NCBI GenBank assembly: GCA_051294905.1
Contig: CM119372.1
Span: 8,434,001-8,494,000 of the forward strand
DNA length: 60,000 nt
Direction: 5' to 3'
Source of the DNA: Botryllus schlosseri
Taxonomy: Eukaryota
The notes under the pieces were generated by a model. That model worked only from the letters and a program-made list of their open reading frames with translations, was not told where the DNA came from and ran no database searches. Below, piece after piece: positions 1 to 9,200 of the stretch; within the stretch, counting starts at the first letter, position 1; every line of letters begins with the position of its first letter. A program made the position numbers and the translations under genes.

Positions 1-79
1 ATAAGTTAGGTTTATCACCCCATGGGGGGCCCAGGGCCAACGTTTTGGGGGGGGCTGACGAAGTGCTGTTACGGCCCTG
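1..79. mobile_element. Right end of a non-autonomous DNA element (TIR CAGGGCCGTAAC family), truncated by window edge
   Basis: Ends GTTACGGCCCTG; the preceding TTTATCACCCCATGGGGGGCCC matches the right end of the copy at 50723-51635. Confidence 0.6.
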
Positions 80-121
80 GATCCCTGCTCTGTAGTTTAA
101 CTATAGATTACTAACCTACGG

Positions 122-400
122 AGCCTGCCATATTTTAATTTATATTTTCGGAATCAGTGAGACGGTAGCTTTCGATCAAAACCAGATTCAGTAAATTCTG
201 CGCTCTGGAAGATAACTGTTGATTTGCCACAAATCCTACAGTCGCTGCCGCAAAAGAATTATGAGAATGGCCTCAGCGAAGCGGAACGAAGTTGCAAAAG
301 CGGTCATTGCCATTCCATGTTTACATTCGAGATTCGATACTCTGTAAGGATTTCGATACTTTGCAGGGATATCAAATGGATATGCCGAGTTGCCGACTCG
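122..400 (+). repeat. Dispersed repeat arm, inverted partner of 5460-5725
   Basis: TTTTCGGAATCAGTGAGACGGTAGCTTTCGATC...CAGCGAAGCGGAACGAAGTTGCAAAA...GCCATTCCATGTTTACATTC is the reverse complement of 5515-5725 with scattered mismatches. Confidence 0.8.
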
Positions 401-711
401 ACAGTGATATTACAGAATGAAAATGTTTACATTCTATAGTAATATGATCCTCATTTCATTTCCTGGTTCCTGCTGATGGAGCATTACTGAGACTGACATT
501 TAGGCCTACACAGTAGACTTCTGCTTAGCAAACTTAGGTACCGCGTTATCGATTACTATACATGCGGAACTGGGGTGCATGATGCCTGTCAGCTGACACG
601 GCTGTCGCCCTGTCGGCTGTCAGTATTTGCACCAGACAATCAGTACTGTTCAGATGCATTGCAGACATATTTAATTGATTCATTTGGTATTTGGCACAGT
701 GCTGTGTCATC

Positions 712-1840
712 GGTGACCGGTGAACTCGGCCCATGACGAACTCGGCCTATTGAACTCGGCCCATGACGAACTCGGCCTATGACCAACTCGACGAACTCGG
801 CCTATGACCAACTCGGCCCATGGTGAATTTGTTAATAAAAATTATTATAAATGTCGTGAATTGTATTAATTGTGTGGAGACAATGGTGAATTGGTGGTGA
901 TGGACATGTCGTATGAATGTTATTACCAATGGGGGCAGTATCGTCAAGGAATAGGGCCTAGACAGAAAAAAACCTCCTTGCACCAACTCAACTATTAATG
1001 TGAATTATATTACATAATTATTTTATTATCAAGTGATTAGGTTAGGGTTATGATTAGGGTTAGGTTAGGGTTAGGATTAGGGTTAGGTTAGGGTTATGAT
1101 TAGGTTAGGTTAGGGTTAGGTTAGGATTAGGGTTATGATTAGGTTAGGACTAGGGTTAGGTTAGGGTTAGGATTAGGTTAGGGTTAGGATTAGGGTTAGG
1201 TTAGGGTCATGATTAGGTTAGCATTAGGGTTAGGTTAGGTTAGGATTATGATTAGGTTAGGATTAGGGTTAGGATTAGGTTAGGGTTATGATTAGGTTAG
1301 GGTTAGGTTAGGATTAGGGTTAGGTTAGGTTAGGGTTAGGATTATGATTAGGTTAGGGTTAGGTTAGGATTAGGGTTAGGGGTTAGGGTCCAACACTCCC
1401 AAATTAACCATTTTCTCCGACAAATAATACAATTTACGACGTTTATGATCATTCATACTAAGAAATTCCCCACGGGCCGAGTTGGTCATAGGCCGAGTTT
1501 GTCATGGGCCGAGTTCGTCATAGGCTGCGCTCGCCATGGGCCGAGTTCGTCATGGGCCGAGTTTGTCATGGGCCGAGTTCACTGGCAATCCCCACGTGTT
1601 ATGACGGCGGCAAGTAAAACTTCAAATTCTGAGAACTGCAATACTGCCCTCCCCCAGCATTCGTACGACATGTCCATCACTCCCAAATTAACAATTTTCT
1701 CCGACAAATACTACAATTTACGACGTTTATAATCATTAATATCAAGAAATTCCCCACGGGCCGAGTTGGTCATAGGCCGAGTTCGTCATGGGCCGAGTTC
1801 AATAGGCCGAATTCGTCATGGGCCGAGTTCACTGGCAACC
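712..1840. mobile_element. Non-autonomous DNA transposon with long repetitive TIR arms and an internal telomere-like array
   Basis: Left end GGTGACCGGTGAACTCGGCCC, right end GGGCCGAGTTCACTGGCAACC; subterminal tandem GGCCGAGTT(C/G)GTCAT units; perfect 8-bp TSD GTGTCATC at 704-711 and 1841-1848. Confidence 0.88.
1037..1388 (+). repeat. Degenerate interstitial telomere-like array (TTAGGG/TTAGG/TTAGGA/TTATGA)
   Basis: About 350 bp of mixed 5- and 6-mer units seen directly. Confidence 0.95.
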
Positions 1841-1993
1841 GTGTCATCACTTGGCCAGTTGGCAGTTGGCCTATTATGGTACATGTCCTGCTCACACTCA
1901 GTCTCCGTTATTTTAAGGTTATTTAACAATATCATTGATTATAAATGTTTAGACATCATATGTTGCCTTCTTCCTTATAAGTTATATTGAGGT

Positions 1994-3631
1994 ATGATGA
2001 GACTCTCCATTTTGTCAAAACTCCGCATCTCGTCGCGCCAGCGCTGGATCGGAGCATCCTTTGTAAGAAGAAATTCATCATTGACACCAATCTCACATTG
2101 TGAAAACGCCGCCTACAATCACGTCTATGAAAGGAATAAGCAAAATACCAATAAATTGGCTGTCCAGTATCAAAGAATTGTTGAAAAAGCAATGGAAGGA
2201 GGGGGGCAGAGAAATATAAAGCGGCACGTTGAAAGAAATAAAAAAATGCTTGTGAGAAACCGCATACAACAGGTGCTGGACCCTGATTCTCCAGTCATTG
2301 AAGTTGGTAAAATTGCAGGTCATGACATGACATACGGGAGCATTGCATCTGCCGGGGCAGTTGGTATTATTGGCAAAGTGCACGGGACATGGTGCATGTT
2401 GTTCGGCTCGGATGCGACAGTTAAAGGCGGGTCGGTTTATCCAATCACTTTGAAGAAGCAATTGCGGTGTCAAGATATAGCACGCGAGAATCACCTCCCG
2501 TGCATCTACCTTATCGACAGTGGCGGTGCTTTTCTTCCGTTACAGTCCGAAATTTTCAATCCGGGCGGTAAAATGTTCTACAACCAGGCTGTGATGTCAT
2601 CCGAAGGGATACCGCAAATCGCTTACATTTGCGGATCATGCACAGCCGGCGCTGCATACATCCCAACAATGGCGCAAGAGTCTGTAATTTTGGAAAAAAT
2701 CGGAACCATATTCTTAGGCGGTCCACCTCTCGTGAAAGCTGCTACTGGGGAGGTTGTCACTCCTGAAGAACTCGGAGGTGCTGATTTACATTGCAGACTC
2801 AGTGGGTGTACCGATCATTTCGTTACCGATGAACAGCAGGGTTTTGATACACTTCGAAATATCATACTTACGAGCAAGCTACAGAAAGTTCCTATGACCA
2901 CTATGGATGACAAAAAGAATTTGGAAATCCGTAAATTAGCACCTGCACACATCGAATGTACCGTTAATGTTCGTGAGATCTTGAGATACCTAGCGGATTC
3001 AAATGGATTTCATGAATATAAGCGGCTGTACGGCAACACGTTGGTGACAGGATTTATGTTTGTAAACGGCAGTTTGCTTGCCGTGGTCGCGAATGATGGG
3101 TACTTGACAGAGCAGGCTTCGAAAAAGGGATGCAATTTCGTTCAACTATGTACCGACCGGGAAATTCCTATTTTGTTTTTACAAAACATATGCCACGATG
3201 AAAACGCGGAATCCGCAGATTTGAAAGCCGACGTTATCAAAACGCGTGGCGCATTCATGCAAGCTGTTGCGTCGTCACCATGTCCGAAAATTGTTGTTAG
3301 CATCGGTGGATTAGTCGGTTCGCCCCATCAACATTCGATGTGTTCCTTGTCCATGGGGGCCAGGTTTCATTTTGTTTGGCCAAACGTTCAAGTGGCAGCG
3401 GAATTTCCGTGGACTTCAAAAACAAAAATGACTGTGTCAGAGTATTCTGATTTTAAACGGAAAACATCTGCTCTTCACGGTGCCTCTCAATTCTGGTACG
3501 ATGGTATTGTCTTACCGGAAGACACTAAGGACTTGTTGTATTTATTTCTGAACGTTTTTGAGCAAGAGGAAGCTATGCGACAGCAGAAGAATTCTAAATT
3601 TGGTAGTAGAAAAACATTTATAAGGATGTGA
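1994..3631 (+). CDS. Methylcrotonoyl-CoA carboxylase beta chain-like (MCCC2-like) acyl-CoA carboxyltransferase-family protein, intronless, with putative mitochondrial presequence
   Basis: 545-aa ORF; DATVKGG, LPCIYLIDSGGAFLPLQ, GSCTAGAAY, GTIFLGGPPLVKAATGE and IPILFLQN motifs; R/S/L-rich N-terminus. The divergent C-lobe suggests a paralogue rather than MCCC2 itself. Confidence 0.9.
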   Translation: MMRLSILSKLRISSRQRWIGASFVRRNSSLTPISHCENAAYNHVYERNKQNTNKLAVQYQRIVEKAMEGGGQRNIKRHVERNKKMLVRNRIQQVLDPDSPVIEVGKIAGHDMTYGSIASAGAVGIIGKVHGTWCMLFGSDATVKGGSVYPITLKKQLRCQDIARENHLPCIYLIDSGGAFLPLQSEIFNPGGKMFYNQAVMSSEGIPQIAYICGSCTAGAAYIPTMAQESVILEKIGTIFLGGPPLVKAATGEVVTPEELGGADLHCRLSGCTDHFVTDEQQGFDTLRNIILTSKLQKVPMTTMDDKKNLEIRKLAPAHIECTVNVREILRYLADSNGFHEYKRLYGNTLVTGFMFVNGSLLAVVANDGYLTEQASKKGCNFVQLCTDREIPILFLQNICHDENAESADLKADVIKTRGAFMQAVASSPCPKIVVSIGGLVGSPHQHSMCSLSMGARFHFVWPNVQVAAEFPWTSKTKMTVSEYSDFKRKTSALHGASQFWYDGIVLPEDTKDLLYLFLNVFEQEEAMRQQKNSKFGSRKTFIRM

Positions 3632-3689
3632 AACTTTAATTTATGTCCCGATATTCGGCATTGCCCTTTAGGCAAAGCATGGGAATAGG

Positions 3690-4379
3690 GCACTGCTCAC
3701 AAAATATGACGTGGTCTCAAATTACGATTAAAGGTGTGAAAATTTTTTGTCGACAACTGATTTCCTCAGAAAGCCACTGTATTCAAACTTGCAACTAAAA
3801 GATTTTCACACCGTGCGAGATAGTGTAATACTGATGCGTCTGGCTTCTCGATCGGTAGGTTGTGGGTTCGATCCCTGGCAGGGTCAGACTAAAGACTCTA
3901 AAACGGGTATTCGCAGACCACAGCTGTCCAGCAAGGCGCTCAGCATCCACGGATAGCATGGAGGAGAAAAATAAACGGTGCACACTAGGTGACCTTACGG
4001 TCGTATCGCATCTCCCTCGTCAAAGCATCTCGAAAGTGCAGGCGAACAAGAATATCGTATCTCTCTCTCTCAGTAGTGGTCCTGCTGCACTTCATTAGTC
4101 TCTGTGGTATTAAGGTCATGTGTCATTGCTTCTTGACTCTGCAAAATTTCTGGATAGTATTGACTGATCACAAACTAAAATTTCCTCAACGTCAACCGTC
4201 ATGAAATGCGTGCAAGGCATTTAAGAAGCGATGACGCGTAACGTCGATGCCACCAGAGATTGACAAAGCGCAATCAGACTACTGGCGAAAATATTATAGC
4301 TGCCGTTCGAATACGATGGCTTTTAGAGGAAAATGACTGCTGCCAAAAACTGAGAGACCACATATTTAGGACAAGGTGC
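3690..4379. mobile_element. Palindromic MITE interrupted by a SINE
   Basis: 3705-3812 (GTGGTCTC...TTTCCTCAGAAAGCCACTGTATTCAAAC) is inverted relative to 4280-4365 (GTTCGAATACGATGGCTTTTAGAGGAAA...GAGACCAC); a related short copy lies at 19391-19590. Confidence 0.65.
3814..4071 (+). mobile_element. tRNA-derived SINE, full length
   Basis: A-box-like TAGTGTAATACTG, B-box GGTTCGATCCC, about 190-bp body, (CT)n tail; homologous copies at 15228-15805 (-) and 58398-58482 (-). Confidence 0.85.
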
Positions 4380-4916
4380 GACTTTTATGCTATGATTTAT
4401 TCAAATACAAAATATCTATTATGCAAATCATACTGTATAAGTCTACGCAATACCGCAATTTTTTTAATTTGATTTTCATGTTGATATTTATTGTTTATAC
4501 ATATATTAGGGATTTGAAAATAAATGATTTCTCAGTTATGCTCATCTTGGATTTGGATGTATGGAAGTAATTAATTTTTATGTATATGTTCGTTGTTCAT
4601 CTAATTGATGTGTTCGTAGGTTTAAAACACCTCAGGATTACGACATGGGGAAAACATATGCAGCAAACAATGATTTCATATTATGATATATTCACTGAAA
4701 GCTTTTTCACCGGCCCCCGTCAGTAGGTAACATTAGTAAAGGTGGACAAACAGAGTACAGGTCACGGGACGAGTTAAGTAGGAAGATGGCTGAAAGGGAA
4801 GACTGAGCATGATAAAAAAGTGATGTGGATAAAAGTGTCAAAACGCCATACGCATTAGTCGTCCGCGCATACTTCAACTATCATCTAAAGAGGAGACTAG
4901 GGGGGGGCACGTTGAG

Positions 4917-5289
4917 TAGGGTTACCATACGTCCTCCTTTTTCAGGTTTATGAAAATGTCCTCCGAGGACGCCTAAATGCCCTCCTTTTTGGCAATTCGT
5001 CATCTTTTAGAGCTAAGATAGTGGATAGATTCGAGTGAAAAGGGGCATAAATGACGCTAAATAGGAAATTCGTGGTTCGAACGAAAGTGACGACCTTTTT
5101 TTTAGTCAACCAACGCAAAGTGTGAAAGAAAAATTGTATTTCTAGAGTTGGGCTGGAAAGATGACCTCTTTTTCCGACCACGGAGTGGGAAAAATTAACC
5201 ATTTTTTTCAGGGTTTTCCTCCGGTTTCGCAAGTCTGTAAATTTTGAAAAAGTGTCCTCTTTTCAGATTTCCAAAATATAGTAACCCTA
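4917..5289. mobile_element. hAT-like MITE (TIR TAGGGTTACCATA, GTCCTC subterminal repeats)
   Basis: TAGGGTTACCATA...TATAGTAACCCTA; same family as 28507-28824; TSD not preserved. Confidence 0.8.
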
Positions 5290-5459
5290 CTTTTGATACT
5301 TCGAAGTGATATAGTTCGTCAACTCGCAAAATTCGATGCTTACTCTAGTAAGGTGATAATTTGGTACGTAAAGGTACAGATAAGATCAGTGTAGGAAAGA
5401 ATGCCCCCTGCTTCCGTTTTATGACGTCACGTAATATCTCAAAGAATATGGAACTAAAA

Positions 5460-5725
5460 TTCTACATTCCGGCAAGGCATTCGACCAAGGATATATAACT
5501 GAGTGTATATAATATAGAATGTAAACGTGGAATGGCAGCGAGCGATTTTGCAGCTTCGTTCCGCTTCGCTGAAGCTTTACTCAGACTTATTTTACGGCAG
5601 CTACTGTAGGATTTCTGGCAATCCAAAAGTTGTCTTCCAGAGCTCAGAATTTCATGAATCTGGTCTTGATCGAAAGCTACTGTCGCACTGATTCCGAAAA
5701 TGTAAATAAAAATATGATCAGGCAC
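5460..5725 (-). repeat. Dispersed repeat arm, inverted partner of 122-400
   Basis: Reverse-complement similarity to 122-400. Confidence 0.8.
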
Positions 5726-6253
5726 TGAACCGCTTAGAATTCGCCCTCCAAGTCTGAATTATCGGCATTGTCCGAACAATCGAAGGGCCGCAATGGGTCA
5801 TTGTTATGGTCATTGTTTTGCGGTCATCCGATTGTTCTGAACAATGCAGATTTTAGATGTTGAGGGTGGTTTTTCATCTCACTACGGCGCTTCACCATAT
5901 TTTGATTAATATTTTCGAAATCAGTGTCTATTAGACGATTTCCAGCGCTCTGGCGCCAGTAGTGTATGACTGGCCAAGATTAGAATCAGCCACATTTTGC
6001 TCCCCTGACGAGGTTATTCGGTCGGAAGGTGTCTCTAGCGGGCTGCGCGGTGATTTCACAGCTGCATAGTGCATACACGCTAGATAGCGCTGTGTATTTG
6101 TTTCCGAACGAGTGATTTGATAACAAAAGCGCACATTCTGCACAAAAGCATAACCACCCTCGAAGTTGTTGGACTCGGGTTCTGCTGTATTTCAGAGCTG
6201 AGGCGGTGGCAGATTTCCGTGGGGTATAAAGTGGAATAGCTTATGCAAATATA

Positions 6254-9200
6254 ATGGACCAGCACCGGGATGTCTCCGAAAATGTTGATGTCGCGGAACC
6301 ACAAGATCCCGTTTCAGAGTCCTATTCGATCAGTGGGTCGATGGGAGTGGTGGGCTTGACTCCTACAGATTCTAGGCTGAGGTGAAGTATTCCGTGATTT
6401 TCCTAGCGTTCATTGTGTATTTGAAGTCTACTATAACCATGAATCGTTTTCAGAAATACTGGCTCACCGTCAAGCTATCCAAGAAGCACAAAACGGCCGA
6501 GTATCGCGCGCAGGCCACTGCTCCATCCCATGATCTACAACCGGTCAATCAACGGAAATGACAGCAACGCGGAGCCATGCGAATCTTGTCAATCTGCGCA
6601 GAATCACCCTGTCCTTCTTGATGAAAATTTGACACACAGTGGGATGTTTTTCAGGCAAAAACTGTACAGCCGACTGGTAGAGCCTGGCGACTCGAGAATG
6701 GTATGTAATGTCTTGTGCATCAAATGACATTATATCAGGCTTTACATAGTTCTGCAGGCTTTCACTTTCTTGCTCCAAACCTATAAAACTAGATCTTTGT
6801 TAAGACCTACAATTGTTTAATATGTACGTCTGCATTTTGTTATTACCGGATGAAATTTTTTGACACAGGGACATCGCCTATACCTTGTGCTACAACATGC
6901 ATCATCGTTTTCATTGCACTTTCCAATTGTGCTATCGATTTGTCACTCATTCAGTGTGCACTACTCTGTCCTTGTATCGCAATTTTGTTGAGTTTTGAAT
7001 TGATAAAATTGGAGTACAGCTAAATGCAACTCCAGACCTCCTTCAGTAAATCAAATGCTTCCGATTCAATATATTGATTAGTAGTAAAATGGATGATTCA
7101 CTAGATTGATTTTACAACACTTCTTGATTTTACGACACATTTATAGACAAATCTTAACTATATCTTGGTAACAAAATTAGAAGCAGGCCTACCGTTTTCA
7201 AACATCAATAGTTATTTTGCCTAAATTAGAAATCCATGATTCAATTGCGATATATTATTGAAAAATCATGAACTTTTAATACGGTACGTAAGAGCAAAGA
7301 TAAGAGTAGATTTTCTTTCAAATTTCCAGAAATGACTTAAGCCTAAGGGATCATTAGTATTTCAATGAAATTATAAACATGTTTGTTGGTATGCGAAATT
7401 ACCATGGGCCTTCCGTATGTAAGTAGTTGAACTTTGCACTGGATTGAGCAGCATTAGTGTTTCTTCATAGTGAATACATGGCTTGTCAGCATTTTCCAAA
7501 GGGTATTGTCGTGGAGTTCTCATTTGCCATAAACATATTGATTCTACCCTACCATTAATGCGGTGTTGTATACACTTTCATTGGCTTGTTCTTGCATTAT
7601 TTAGTACGGTATGAAGTTGTTTAATATTTAATTACTTTCAGATCATTCCTGACCATGTTCTACCTTCGTCGATGTTTTCCATTCTTCCGGCCGAGGCAGA
7701 AGCCAGTCAGAGTAGCATCGTTACCATGTAAAACTGTTTTTCTTATACCTTTGATTTCCACTATATCCTCAGCATAATTAGACCTTTGGACTCCCACTTC
7801 TTAACGTCTATCTTACTGATGCAGCAATTACAATAGTCTTCCTCCCCGACATATGTTGGAAGACAACTTGGGACTGCTTTTTAAACTGCGGCAGCTGTAT
7901 CAATGTATCTGGTCTTTCGAATTTTCTAAATTCACTGTTAACCATGCTGTCTTTGCTTTTATGTTTGGTTGAATGCAGGATTAATTTTCCCTAACTACAG
8001 TCACAACATTGCCAACTATTCATGCTGCTTTGAAGTCTATGTTCATTGTGGACTAGATATAGTTTTCCAAATGAAAACTTGGTGACGTAATGGATTTCAT
8101 TTAAGAATATTACATTGTTTATAGGAGGCACATAAAACCGATGATGGTGGTAGAAGTAATGGTGAGGGTGGTGAAAAAAATATTGTCTACTGGGAATGAA
8201 TGTTACAGATAACCGATTTAACTAATCAATACCAGCCACTTGGTGTTGTTCATATGTTTCCTACTGCTGACCTAGATTTGCCATATGGAATACAATGATG
8301 GGCACCTCATTGTTATCAATGCCTTGGGGAATTGGGCAGTCTGGATTCATGTTTGGCATCATTCTCATTGTTCTGACGGGACTGCTCGCATTTTACACTG
8401 CATACAGGGTGCTCGACTCCAAGAGATATTTGGGTACAGCCACTTTGCCGTGGTGCGCTATTTCCACATTTGCTGAAATGCGCAATTCTGCTTTATAGAG
8501 ACTCCCGTCTTTGAGTTCAGCGAGGTCGTAAAATATTATTTTGGTGCAATCGGAGAGTGGGCCGCTCTCATTTTTGGTTTGTTAGCGTTTCTCGGAGGAA
8601 TGCTTGTGTACTGGGTGCTTATGACGAATTTCCTGTACACGACCGGCGTCTTTGCGCATGGTAAGCCGTTGAGCCAGTTATCTTTTCCTACTTCTGAGAC
8701 TATTGCTTGTTTTCAGATAAGATTCATCATATCAGCTCCGACAATGTCAGCAAGGTGCTGTGCCCAAACGGCGCGCACATGAAAAATGGTTCTTATTTGG
8801 AAGCATTATCTGAGCAAAATTCCACCGGCGACAGCTTCAATAAATACTGGAATGTCACAAAAACGGCGCCATTATACCTCGTTGTGATCGTTTTTCCGCT
8901 CATGAATTTTAAGTCACCGACATTTTTCACGAAATTCAACTGTTTAGGTATGTTGTCAGAGGTGTTCACTGGTCAGTAACGAAGTGCTTCTACTTTTTAA
9001 GAATACTGGTAGGTTTTGTCTAATCGCAATACTTGATCAAGTGATTATGTATTCAAACTTGTTCCACCTCTACTTTAGGTAGAACTATTTACTTTAAGGC
9101 TCTGGATTTTGTGAAGTAGAGATTAGTGTTGAGATTTATTCCCATCAACTTCACAACAAAACTGTTATAAGGACAAGGTAAAATGTCCCTTATGTCACGA

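Noticed and set aside
720..822. Regularly spaced GAACTCGGCC repeats (also 1475-1582, 1759-1832) resembling a CRISPR array
   Set aside because: No unique spacers, no cas genes, eukaryotic context; they are subterminal repeats of a TSD-bounded transposon
1037..1388. True telomere or chromosome-fusion scar
   Set aside because: Degenerate, single orientation, and enclosed within transposon arms
1994..3631. Bacterial horizontal transfer or contamination suggested by lack of introns
   Set aside because: Mitochondrial-type presequence, host-like composition, flanking host repeats, and another clearly animal gene (LRRCC1) is also intronless; phylogeny would be needed to reopen this
3814..3890. tRNA gene
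   Set aside because: No convincing cloverleaf; continues into a shared body and tail found in other copies, so a SINE
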